Source of the DNA: an uncultured Smithella sp.
GTDB lineage: Bacteria > Desulfobacterota > Syntrophia > Syntrophales > Smithellaceae
Direction of reading: 5' to 3'
DNA: 64,000 nucleotides
NCBI GenBank assembly: GCA_964394715.1
Contig: CAYMYR010000003.1
Location: 12,457 to 76,456 of the forward strand
Shown here: positions 47,432-56,693 of the stretch, piece after piece
Layout: each line of letters begins with the position of its first letter
Position numbering within the stretch: the first letter of the stretch is position 1
The notes under the pieces: generated by a model
What the model saw: only the letters and a program-made list of their open reading frames with translations
Database searches by the model: none
What the model was told of the DNA's origin: nothing
Made by a program: the position numbers and the translations under genes

Positions 47432-49675
47432 ATGATGAGCAAAAGAGATATCGAATTCCTGAAGATTGTTTCATTACGCGGCCCCAACATGTGGACTTAC
47501 CGTCCTGTACTGGAGGCCTGGATCAATATCCATGGTCTGGAAGATGCAAACTCCAGCACCATACCCGGATTCTATGAGCGTCTGTCGGCGTGGCTTCCCT
47601 CCCTGGAAGACCACCGCTGCAGCTATGGAGAACGAGGCGGCTTCCTGCGTCGGGTAAAAGAGGGCACCTGGCCCGGTCATATCCTGGAGCACGTTACCCT
47701 GGAACTGCAAAATCTGGCCGGTCTCCCCGGTGGCTTCGGCAAGGCCCGCGGGACCAACCACCGTGGAATTTACAAGGTGGTCATACGCGCCTGGCAGGAG
47801 GATGTCACCCGAGCCGCCCTTCATGCCGCCCGTGACCTGATTTTGGCCGCCATGGAGGATCGTCCCTTTGACGTGACTGCCACCATTGAACACCTCACCG
47901 ACATGGCTGATTCTCTTTGCCTTGGCCCCAGCACAGCATGCATTGTCGATGCCGCAACAGAACGCGGCATTCCCACGATCCGTCTTCTGCCCGGCGGCAA
48001 CCTGGTACAGATCGGCTATGGTGCCTCCATGCGCCGAATCTGGACGGCGGAAACTGACCGGACCAGTGCAATTGCCGAGACCATCTCCCGCGACAAAGAC
48101 CTGACCAAGACATTGCTTTCCTCCTGTGGCGTTCCTGTACCCGAAGGCCGTGAGGTGGACAGCCCGGAGGATGCCTGGGAAGCTGCTCTGGATATCGGTC
48201 TGCCGGTTTGTGTCAAACCCATCGACGGCAATCACGGTCGCGGTGTCTTCATTGACGTAAAGACCAAAGAAGAAGTGGAAATGGCCTATTCCGTTGCCGT
48301 CAATGAAGGCAGCGGTGTTCTTGTAGAGCGCTCCATCCCGGGCACCGAACACCGCTTGCTCATTGTCGGCGGCAAACTGGCCGCCGCCACCCGCGGCGAC
48401 GTAGTGTATGTGGAGGGAGATGGCAAATCCACCGTAAAGGAACTGATCGGGAGTCAGATCAATTCCGACCCGCGCCGGGGCCCGACCGAACTGCATCCGC
48501 TTTCTGAAATTCTGATCGATTCCATCGTTACCATGGAACTGGCCCGTCAGGGCTTCACCGCGGAATCCATTCCGCCTGCAGGCAAAAAAATACTGATCCA
48601 GCGTACGGACAGCCACGCCTTCGACGTCACCGACGATGTTCACCCGGACAATGCTGCCCTGGCTGCTCTGGCTGCACGCATCATCGGCCTTGATATCGCC
48701 GGCATCGATCTGGTGGTGGAAAATATTTCCAGCCCCCTGTTCGAGCAGCATGGAGCAATCGTCGAGGTCAACGCCGGTCCTGGTCTGCTGATGCACCTTA
48801 AGCCCGCGGTTGGTCAGCCGCGTCCGGTGGGCAGGGCCATTGTCGATTACCTTTTTCCAGAAAGCGAAACAGGGCGTATACCCATCGTCGGCATTTCGGG
48901 TTCCAGGGGAAAGACCTCCGTTGCCCGTTGTCTTGGCCATCTGGTTCGTCTGTCCGGAAAGTTTGTCGGCCTTGCCAGCACCGATGGTCTTTTTCTGAAT
49001 CGCCGCCATGTGCAGAAGACTGACGCCGCCAATTGGACCGCGGCCCGCCGGTTGTTGCTCAACCGCTCCGTGGAGACGGCCATTCTGGAGAACGGTATCC
49101 GCGCCATTCTGGGCGAGGGTCTGGCTTACGATCGTTGTCAGGTAGGTGTGGTGACCAATCTGGATCCTGAAGAAAAGTATCCCGATTTCTCTATCGAGGA
49201 TACCGATGATCTATACAAGGTACTGCGCACACAGGTGGATGTTGTCCTAAAGACCGGCACATCCGTTCTCAATGCAGCCGACCCGAAATTGGTGGAAATG
49301 GCAAACCTCTCCGACGGAGAGGTGATCTTTTTTGCCCGGGACGCTGAAAGTCCCGTCATCATTGAGCATTGCGCCAGGGGGGGACGAGCCGCCGTAGTGA
49401 AACAAGGCGAGATTATCCTGGTTGCCGGCAATGTTGAGACCCGTTTGGCCCGCCTGACAGAAATTCCCAGCGTACAGTTAGGCAATGAACCGTTTCGCAT
49501 TGATAATGTTCTGGCGGTGCTGGCTGCGGGCTGGGCTTTGAAGATGCCGCTGGGACTGCTGATTGCCGGTATCAAGGCTTTCGAGCAGGAAGCACTGCAC
49601 GCCAGAGGTCGCACCGGCAACGGCCGCAGGCGCCATAAGAAGAACAGACAGGGCAACCGTGCCCATTTGAAATAG
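47432..49675 (+). CDS. cphA: Cyanophycin synthetase paralog CphA'-like (degenerate and truncated Mur-ligase domain)
   Basis: LRGPNMW, HILEHVTLELQ, CLGPST, ATP-grasp KPIDGNHGRGV and EVNAGPG. P-loop reads GSRGKT and the C-terminal DYGHN domain is absent. Confidence 0.85.
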   Translation: MMSKRDIEFLKIVSLRGPNMWTYRPVLEAWINIHGLEDANSSTIPGFYERLSAWLPSLEDHRCSYGERGGFLRRVKEGTWPGHILEHVTLELQNLAGLPGGFGKARGTNHRGIYKVVIRAWQEDVTRAALHAARDLILAAMEDRPFDVTATIEHLTDMADSLCLGPSTACIVDAATERGIPTIRLLPGGNLVQIGYGASMRRIWTAETDRTSAIAETISRDKDLTKTLLSSCGVPVPEGREVDSPEDAWEAALDIGLPVCVKPIDGNHGRGVFIDVKTKEEVEMAYSVAVNEGSGVLVERSIPGTEHRLLIVGGKLAAATRGDVVYVEGDGKSTVKELIGSQINSDPRRGPTELHPLSEILIDSIVTMELARQGFTAESIPPAGKKILIQRTDSHAFDVTDDVHPDNAALAALAARIIGLDIAGIDLVVENISSPLFEQHGAIVEVNAGPGLLMHLKPAVGQPRPVGRAIVDYLFPESETGRIPIVGISGSRGKTSVARCLGHLVRLSGKFVGLASTDGLFLNRRHVQKTDAANWTAARRLLLNRSVETAILENGIRAILGEGLAYDRCQVGVVTNLDPEEKYPDFSIEDTDDLYKVLRTQVDVVLKTGTSVLNAADPKLVEMANLSDGEVIFFARDAESPVIIEHCARGGRAAVVKQGEIILVAGNVETRLARLTEIPSVQLGNEPFRIDNVLAVLAAGWALKMPLGLLIAGIKAFEQEALHARGRTGNGRRRHKKNRQGNRAHLK

Positions 49676-49687
49676 AAAGAGGACTTC

Positions 49688-52258
49688 ATGGAAGTTTCAC
49701 GCATCCGGGCCCTGCGTGGCCCCAATCTTTGGACTCGCAATACAGCAATCGAGGCCATTGTCACCTGCGGTGAAAACGAGCGCTCCCTGGATACCCTCCC
49801 CGGTTTCGAAGAACGCCTGCGCGAGCGATTTCCGGAGATCGGATTCATGAACGCCAGCGGACATTACAAGGCCGTGCCCATGGCACGGGTTCTGGAGTTT
49901 GCCGTCCTGGGTCTGCAGGCCCAGGCCGGGTGTCCTGTTACCTTCAGCCGCACCTCGGAGACAATCAATAGCGGTACTTACCAAGTGGTGGTCGAATACA
50001 GCGAGGAAGATGTCGGCCGGCTTGCCTTCACATTGGCCGAACAACTCATCAAGGCCGCTCTTGAAAACAAGCCCTTCGACCGTGCCGGCGCTCTTGCCCG
50101 CCTTAAAGAACTGGATGAGCATGTTCGACTCGGCCCTTCCACCGGGTCTATCGTCGAGGCCGCCGTCGCACGTGGTATTCCTTACCGCCGATTGACACAG
50201 GGAAGCCTTGTACAGCTCGGCTGGGGCAGCAAACAACGCCGCATTCAGGCCGCCGAAACGGATCTTTCCAATGCCGTTGCTGAATCCATTGCCCAGGATA
50301 AGGAACTGACCAAACATTTGCTGCACGCCACCGGCTTGCCGGTGCCTTTAGGCCGTCCGGTCATCAGCGCCGACGATGCCTGGAACGCAGTTCATGAAAT
50401 CAGCGGTCCGGTAGTGGTGAAACCGCGGTACGGCAACCAGGGGAAAGGCATCTCGGTCAATATCCATACCCGCGAGGAGATCACGGCGGCCTATAATACA
50501 GCCATTGAATTCTGCGACGAAGTCCTGGTGGAGCGTTACCTGCCGGGTCATGACTACCGCTTTTTGGTCATTGGCAACAAGCTGATAGCCGCCGCCCGCC
50601 GTGACCCGCCACAGGTGATCGGTGATGGCGTGCACACTGTTCGCGAACTGGTTGAACAGGTAAACGCCGATCCGCGTCGCGGTGAAGGCCATGCGACGTC
50701 CCTTACCAAAATCCGCTTCGATGACATCGCCCTTGCCCGCCTGACCGTACAGGGTTTCCAGGCCGACTCCGTGCCGCCCAAAGGCAACCGCGTCATCCTG
50801 CGCAGCAATGCAAACCTGTCTACCGGCGGTACAGCCACAGACGTTACAGACGATGTACATCCGGAGCTGGCCACCTGCGTTGTTGCTGCCGCCCAGACCG
50901 TTGGCCTTGACATTTGCGGCATCGATGTGGTCTGTGAGACGGTCCTGAAACCACTGGAAGGACAGGGAGGCGGTATTGTCGAAGTGAATGCGGCCCCCGG
51001 TCTTCGTATGCACCTTTCACCCTCCTATGGCAAGGGTCGTTCTGTAGGAGAAGCCGTTGTTTCCATGATGTTCAAGCCGGGTGAGGATGCACGTATCCCC
51101 GTGGTGGCCGTTGCCGGAACCAACGGCAAAACCACCACAGCACGCCTCATCAGCAATATCCTGGCCAAAGACGGCAGATGTGTAGGCTTGACCAGCACAG
51201 ATGGCGTCTACGTTAAAGGCCGGCGTATCGACAAGGGCGACTGCAGCGGTCCTAAAAGCGCACGCAATGTCCTGCTGCACCCGGATGTAGACATTGCCGT
51301 TTTTGAGACCGCACGTGGCGGCGTGCTGCGTGAGGGTCTCGGTTTCGACCGTTGTAACGTGGCCGTGATTACCAATATCGGTACAGGTGACCACCTGGGT
51401 CTCAACTACATCACTACTGTTGAGGATCTGGCCGTCGTCAAGCGCGTTATTGTCGAGAACGTGACCAAAAGCGGCTATGCCGTGCTCAATGCCGCAGATC
51501 CCCACGTTGCGTCAATGGCGGCCAACTGCCCGGGCAAGGTCATCTATTTTGCCCGTGACAGTTTCCACCCTTTGATCGCCACCCATCGTGCACAGGGGAA
51601 AAGGGTAGTCTATGCCGAGGGAAATTTCATTGTCCAGGCCGAAGGCAGAACAGAGCATCGCATTCCCCTGGCATCTATCCCCATCACCAGCGGTGGCAAC
51701 ATCGGCTTCCAGATCGAGAATGCCATGGCTGCAACAGCGGCCTGCTGGGCACTGGGTGTTTCCCAGGATACCATCGCCGCCGGCCTTGCCGCCTTCGTGA
51801 ACGATGCCCAGATGGCACCTGGCCGGTTCAACGTCTTCGATTATCACGGTGCCACTCTCATTGCCGACTATGGGCACAATCCCGATGCTATTCAAGCTCT
51901 GGTCGATGCCATAGAAACTATGCCGGCTAAAAAGCGCTTGGTGGTTATCAGTGGTGCCGGTGATCGCCGCAACGAAGACATTCGCCGCCAGACAGAAATA
52001 CTGGGCCACGCCTTCGACGAGGTTATCCTTTACCAGGATGCCTGCCAACGCGGCCGAAAGGATGGTGAAGTTCTGGCTATTCTGCGTGAAGGCCTCGGAG
52101 GAACTGAACGCACACGCCATATCGAAGAAATTCACGGCGAGTTCCTGGCTATTGACGAGGCACTGAACCGCCTCGAAACCGGTGATCTTTGCCTGATCCT
52201 CATCGACCAGGTGGAGGAGGCCCTTGAGCATATCGCCAGGCGCATTGCCGAAAATTGA
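49688..52258 (+). CDS. cphA: Cyanophycin synthetase
   Basis: LRGPNLW, RLGPSTGSIV, KPRYGNQGKG, EVNAAPGLRMH, GTNGKTTT, ETARGG, DYGHNP. Confidence 0.95.
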   Translation: MEVSRIRALRGPNLWTRNTAIEAIVTCGENERSLDTLPGFEERLRERFPEIGFMNASGHYKAVPMARVLEFAVLGLQAQAGCPVTFSRTSETINSGTYQVVVEYSEEDVGRLAFTLAEQLIKAALENKPFDRAGALARLKELDEHVRLGPSTGSIVEAAVARGIPYRRLTQGSLVQLGWGSKQRRIQAAETDLSNAVAESIAQDKELTKHLLHATGLPVPLGRPVISADDAWNAVHEISGPVVVKPRYGNQGKGISVNIHTREEITAAYNTAIEFCDEVLVERYLPGHDYRFLVIGNKLIAAARRDPPQVIGDGVHTVRELVEQVNADPRRGEGHATSLTKIRFDDIALARLTVQGFQADSVPPKGNRVILRSNANLSTGGTATDVTDDVHPELATCVVAAAQTVGLDICGIDVVCETVLKPLEGQGGGIVEVNAAPGLRMHLSPSYGKGRSVGEAVVSMMFKPGEDARIPVVAVAGTNGKTTTARLISNILAKDGRCVGLTSTDGVYVKGRRIDKGDCSGPKSARNVLLHPDVDIAVFETARGGVLREGLGFDRCNVAVITNIGTGDHLGLNYITTVEDLAVVKRVIVENVTKSGYAVLNAADPHVASMAANCPGKVIYFARDSFHPLIATHRAQGKRVVYAEGNFIVQAEGRTEHRIPLASIPITSGGNIGFQIENAMAATAACWALGVSQDTIAAGLAAFVNDAQMAPGRFNVFDYHGATLIADYGHNPDAIQALVDAIETMPAKKRLVVISGAGDRRNEDIRRQTEILGHAFDEVILYQDACQRGRKDGEVLAILREGLGGTERTRHIEEIHGEFLAIDEALNRLETGDLCLILIDQVEEALEHIARRIAEN

Positions 52259-52349
52259 TCAACCGCCCGCATAAGACTGCAGTCAGAATCGCAGAAGGCA
52301 ACCATTGACAAAGATCTGATGGCTTTGAAGGGGAGGTGTTTGTCAAAAC

Positions 52350-52790
52350 ATGAATAACTTGAAAAATTATCGTTATTATCTTTTGATTGTTCCTGTTTTT
52401 TTTGTATCTTGTGCTTCACTGCCATATAAAAATCTTGAGTGTACGTATCATTATGGCGGCTCTACGCAATCTATGATCATAAAGCCGGTCACGGATCCTT
52501 ACAAGGTTGAAGCAATACAAATTACATTTAAAAATTCTAAAACTGAAGAAATAATCAAAACGAATTTTCTTTTCAAGGTGGTCTATATCGTGCCTCCGGC
52601 TGATGATGCGGCGATTAATATTTATGTTTATTATCTTTCAAAGGCAGGACAAGCGCCAGTCCATCAGGTGAAGTATTTACCCCCGTTTTTAGTCGGGGAT
52701 GACAACCAGGCGTTCGGATTTACAGGCTTGCAAAATGTTTATGAACCCGCTCTGGGAAGACTCTTTCAATATTGCTGCCGTTGGAAATAA
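52350..52790 (+). CDS. Hypothetical lipoprotein
   Basis: Basic N-terminus and lipobox-like FFVSC, C-terminal GFTGLQNVYEP. Confidence 0.65.
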   Translation: MNNLKNYRYYLLIVPVFFVSCASLPYKNLECTYHYGGSTQSMIIKPVTDPYKVEAIQITFKNSKTEEIIKTNFLFKVVYIVPPADDAAINIYVYYLSKAGQAPVHQVKYLPPFLVGDDNQAFGFTGLQNVYEPALGRLFQYCCRWK

Positions 52791-52809
52791 ATATTTTGAA
52801 AAGGGAAGC

Positions 52810-53808
52810 ATGAAAATTTCAAGGTTGATGATTTTTTTGTTTCTATTTTTATTATTTCCCCGTGTAGGTTTTGCTCAGGACCAGATTGTGCGGATCAGTT
52901 TTGTGGGAGATATAATGGTTGCAGGGCTGCCAGGTGATCTTATCATCAAGGGCCGCGACCCTTTTACTGCATTTGCTGATTTTTTTAAATCCAGTGACAT
53001 CAATATAGGAAACCTGGAAACATCGGTTGCGTCAGGGGGTAAACCTTTGAACAAACCTTATATTTTCCGGGCAGCTCCTGCAACAGTTCCCGTTTTAAAA
53101 CGTTATTTCGACGCCATGTCACTGGCCAATAATCATTCGGGAGATTATGGACAGGGCGCATTGAAGGAGACCTTTCAGCATTTAAAAAAAGGCGGACTCA
53201 GTTACTTTGGCGCCGGCTATAATTTAAGTGAAGCGCACACTCCGCTTATCATTGAGCGAAAAGGATTCCGTATTGCTCTTTTGGGATACAACGAGTTTTT
53301 TCCAAGACAATTCGAGGCGGGTGCAAGCATGCCGGGGGTTGCCTGGAGTTCTGAAGATGAGCAGGTGGTAGCCGACATTAAAAGGACGCTCCGGCAAGAT
53401 AATCCGGATATCGTGATCACTTACATGCATTGGGGCTGGGAGAACGAACCGCTTCCCTGTGAAAGGCAGAAAATGATGGCCCGTAAAATGATTGATGCCG
53501 GTGCCACGGTTGTCGTCGGCAGCCATCCACACATCCTTCAAACCGTTGAGTATTACAATGGAGGTTTGATTGTATACAGTCTGGGTAATTTTGTGTTCGA
53601 TGAATATGATGATGACGCCGGTCGCACCGGCTGGCTGCTTCGATTAAATTTTGATCGCAAGGGTCTTCTGAATTGGGACACCATCGTTTCATACATAGAT
53701 CCGAAAACCGGTTTCCCTCATCCCAAACTGGATATCAAGAGCCCCTGCGGGAACAGGCAAAGGCAAGAGATCACATCTTGTATTGCGGGAACACCATTGA
53801 AAGAATGA
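52810..53808 (+). CDS. CapA-family (poly-gamma-glutamate capsule protein-like) metallophosphoesterase, exported
   Basis: Signal peptide, GDIM, GNLE, ANNHSGDYG, MHWG, GSHPH, YSLGNFVF. Confidence 0.9.
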   Translation: MKISRLMIFLFLFLLFPRVGFAQDQIVRISFVGDIMVAGLPGDLIIKGRDPFTAFADFFKSSDINIGNLETSVASGGKPLNKPYIFRAAPATVPVLKRYFDAMSLANNHSGDYGQGALKETFQHLKKGGLSYFGAGYNLSEAHTPLIIERKGFRIALLGYNEFFPRQFEAGASMPGVAWSSEDEQVVADIKRTLRQDNPDIVITYMHWGWENEPLPCERQKMMARKMIDAGATVVVGSHPHILQTVEYYNGGLIVYSLGNFVFDEYDDDAGRTGWLLRLNFDRKGLLNWDTIVSYIDPKTGFPHPKLDIKSPCGNRQRQEITSCIAGTPLKE

Positions 53809-53930
53809 TTTCAGACAGACATCAGCTCAAATTTGGTTGATTTGCATACATGAACGGACCGTCAATATAAATTGACAAATGGCCACCTTTCCTATAGTTC
53901 GCGTCAAAGAAAAAAGAAGATCCTGATACC

Positions 53931-54076
53931 AAGCCGCATATAGTTGCCAATTTCAGAGTGGCAACTACCGATAGGGGAGGACTTGTTTCTTTTTGCGCTT
54001 CCTTACGGAACGCGCATCCGGTCTTTGGCTAACTTTGTTGGCATTGTCGCGTGCCCCCAGGCATGGGGGTCGGCTT
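53931..54076 (+). ncRNA. Candidate structured RNA (multi-branch fold), family not recognised
   Basis: Seven mutually compatible nested helices (see findings). Upstream TTGACA (53872)...TATAGT (53893), with a short 15-nt spacer. Confidence 0.5.
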
Positions 54077-54111
54077 CCTCAACGTATAACCTAAAGGTCA
54101 CGCGTCAATAA

Positions 54112-54246
54112 TACGCCTGCGGAGCCTCCTCCTTGCCGCCGCGTTATCCTTTGAATGCAACTTGGTATAACCCCATCTCCGGAGCGGAGGGACAAACTGT
54201 TACTCAAAGGGATTTCCGGAATCGGAGATACAGGAAGGGTCGCGTA
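54112..54246 (-). ncRNA. Candidate rod-shaped RNA with 6S-like features
   Basis: 135-nt imperfect inverted repeat with internal loops. G-U pairs favour the minus strand. Confidence 0.35.
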
Positions 54247-54348
54247 CTGGCCGTGAGAAGCATCGCGCATCCTGACTTGCGTGATAAGCATATCCGGGCA
54301 TCGTCATGATTTAAATTTATGTAAGGATCAAGGGGAGTAAAAAATATT

Positions 54349-56352
54349 TTGGTTTCATGTAAACTTTTTCACTGTAAACACCGTCGGCTGATCTGCGTCT
54401 GCTCATTTTTACTGTTTCTGGTGCTTGCTTCAACGGCTTTTGCCGGAGAAAACATTGCAGCATATCCTTATTTGCCAAAGGGTTACAAATCCATCAGGGT
54501 ATTTGACAGTCAGGGGAGATTTGTCGGCCGCATTCTCGCGGAGAAGCGCTACTGGGTTGAAATTGATCAGGTTCCCGTCTTTCTGCAAAAAGCGCTCATT
54601 GCCGTTGAGGATGCCCGCTTTTATGAGCATAGCGGGATTGATATGCGGGGAATCGCCCGCGCCCTTGTTAAGGATGTGATGAAAGGACGGATGGCGGAAG
54701 GCGGTTCGACGATTACCCAGCAGTTGATCAAGAACAAGTATTTTAAGGGGGAGAAGACGATTGAGCGAAAGGTCCGGGAAGGAATCCTGGCCATGGAATA
54801 TGAAAATAAATACACCAAGAAGCAGATTCTCGAGATGTACTTCAACGAGGTCTATTTCGGAAACGGGGCATGGGGCATTGCGCAGGCCGCCCGGCTTTAT
54901 TTTGACAAAACGCCTCAGGAGTTGAACGAGATAGAGTGTGTCATCCTGGCTGCGACGCCTAAGGCTCCGACGCACTACAATCCTCTGGGCGACCCGGCAA
55001 TGATCGACAAGAGAAAGAGACTTATTTTAAGTCAGATGGTAAGCCTGAAAATGATCACCTCGCGGAAGGCGAAAGAACTCCGCTCACGTCGTGTTTCCTT
55101 CACAAAACAGGGAGAAGCCCCGTATTATGTGGCCCATGTCCGCAAAAAGCTGATGGAGCAATACGGGCCGGATATTATTGAGCAAGGAGGTCTTGATGTC
55201 ATCACAGCCATGGATTTACGTATGCAACGGCTGGCGGAGAAAGCATTGCGGGAAGGTGTCCAGAGCATCAATCCGCAGCTGCAGGGCGCGCTTGTGGCTC
55301 TTGATCCGAAAACAGGAGATGTCCTGGCGGCCGTAGGTGGTATTGATTTTATTGAGAATCCTTACGACCGGGCTTTTTCAGCCAGACGTCAGCCTGGTTC
55401 CGCCATCAAACCCGTGATCTACGCGGCGGCCCTTGAAAAAGGATACACGGCGGGAACCATTTTCAACGATGCTCCGGTTTCTTACGGGCGAGGGAACGGC
55501 AGGAAATGGACCCCTAAAAACTTCCAGCGGAAATATTACGGAGATTTAACCCTAAGGCAGGCCCTGGCATATTCAAACAATGTCATTTCCGTAAAGCTCC
55601 TTGATGCTATGGGAGTTCCTTATTTTGTTGATTTTGCTTCCCGGCTCGGGCTGACTTTAAACACGGGAAATGACCTCACCCTTGCTCTCGGTTCCGGCGA
55701 AGTTACCCTGCATGACCTTGTCTCCGCTTATACACCATTCGCGAACAGCGGTCTGCGGCCCCAGTCCCGAACGATCATCCGTGTCTTTGATCGCAATCGC
55801 AGGACCTGGACGGAAACACCCCCGTCCGTATCCTCTGTCCTTTCCCCCGCATCCGCTTTTATAACAACGCAGATGCTTAAAGACGTTCTGATCTATGGCA
55901 CCGCAAAAACCATGAAGAGTTTTGTTATGAAGCGTCCGGCTGCAGGGAAAACGGGCACAACAGACGATTACCGGGACGCGTGGTTCATCGGTTATACCCC
56001 TCAGATCATCGCGGGAGTCTGGGTGGGCTATGACAGGCCAAAACCGGGAGGGACAGGTTTTACGGGCGGGGCCGTCTGTGCGCCCGTTTGGGGACGCTTT
56101 ATGCGTAACGCTCTGGCCGGGAAACCTGTGTCTGATTTTTCAAAACCCGATACGGTTGTCGGTGTTATGATTGATCCGGAAACAAATGAATTGGCAACGT
56201 CCGGATGTCCTGTCCAGCGCGAAGAATTTTATATTGCGGGAACAGAGCCGACAAAACCCTGTGGAAAGCATGCTGTATCTGACCGCGAACACGATCCTGA
56301 TTCTCGCACTCAATCACTGCCGCAACCGATACAGGAAATGGAGATCCGTTAG
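54349..56352 (+). CDS. Penicillin-binding protein 1A family (transglycosylase-transpeptidase)
   Basis: EDARFYEH.G, GGSTITQQL.KN, YFNEVYFG, RQPGSAIKP (SxxK), SNN, AGKTGT. Confidence 0.93.
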   Translation: MVSCKLFHCKHRRLICVCSFLLFLVLASTAFAGENIAAYPYLPKGYKSIRVFDSQGRFVGRILAEKRYWVEIDQVPVFLQKALIAVEDARFYEHSGIDMRGIARALVKDVMKGRMAEGGSTITQQLIKNKYFKGEKTIERKVREGILAMEYENKYTKKQILEMYFNEVYFGNGAWGIAQAARLYFDKTPQELNEIECVILAATPKAPTHYNPLGDPAMIDKRKRLILSQMVSLKMITSRKAKELRSRRVSFTKQGEAPYYVAHVRKKLMEQYGPDIIEQGGLDVITAMDLRMQRLAEKALREGVQSINPQLQGALVALDPKTGDVLAAVGGIDFIENPYDRAFSARRQPGSAIKPVIYAAALEKGYTAGTIFNDAPVSYGRGNGRKWTPKNFQRKYYGDLTLRQALAYSNNVISVKLLDAMGVPYFVDFASRLGLTLNTGNDLTLALGSGEVTLHDLVSAYTPFANSGLRPQSRTIIRVFDRNRRTWTETPPSVSSVLSPASAFITTQMLKDVLIYGTAKTMKSFVMKRPAAGKTGTTDDYRDAWFIGYTPQIIAGVWVGYDRPKPGGTGFTGGAVCAPVWGRFMRNALAGKPVSDFSKPDTVVGVMIDPETNELATSGCPVQREEFYIAGTEPTKPCGKHAVSDREHDPDSRTQSLPQPIQEMEIR

Positions 56353-56412
56353 GGACAGCGACAGAAGCCTGAGGGGAAGAGGGTAGCCAGTTTTAAAAAA
56401 CGTGTTCATCTT

Positions 56413-56655
56413 TTAGAAAAGAATCCAAAGCGCGATCAGCGGTCCAAGGTTAAACAGGATGACGGCAATTTTGTACCCGGCCAGGCCCGCGTAATGAATC
56501 GCATCGAATGTTTCAGCCGGGATTTTGAACCAGCGGCTGTGCAGCTTGTACATCCAGTCATGGGCCAGGATGAATGCTCCTGCCCAGATTAGAAGCATTA
56601 CATAATTGACGATAGTGCAAAAAAGAAGAAAGTCTTTGATTTCATTCATGGTCAT
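56413..56655 (-). CDS. Small membrane protein (DUF6868-like)
   Basis: HDWMYKLHSRWFKI..ETFDAIHY.G. Confidence 0.7.
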   Translation of the reverse strand: MTMNEIKDFLLFCTIVNYVMLLIWAGAFILAHDWMYKLHSRWFKIPAETFDAIHYAGLAGYKIAVILFNLGPLIALWILF

Positions 56656-56693
56656 AATAAACCTCCGTGGCATCCTCCAAGAGATTGTTTATT

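Noticed and set aside
47474-49009. 511-aa antisense ORF opposite cphA' (and similar long antisense ORFs at 19262-20125 and 21831-22682)
   Set aside because: These are shadow ORFs of real genes, caused by codon bias. They have no domain motifs.
54236-54340. Partial likeness to ZTP (GGGTCGCGTACTGGC), TPP and yybP (AAGGGGAGTA) riboswitch words
   Set aside because: The remaining conserved elements are missing in each case, and AAGGGGAG is adequately explained as the PBP1A ribosome-binding site.
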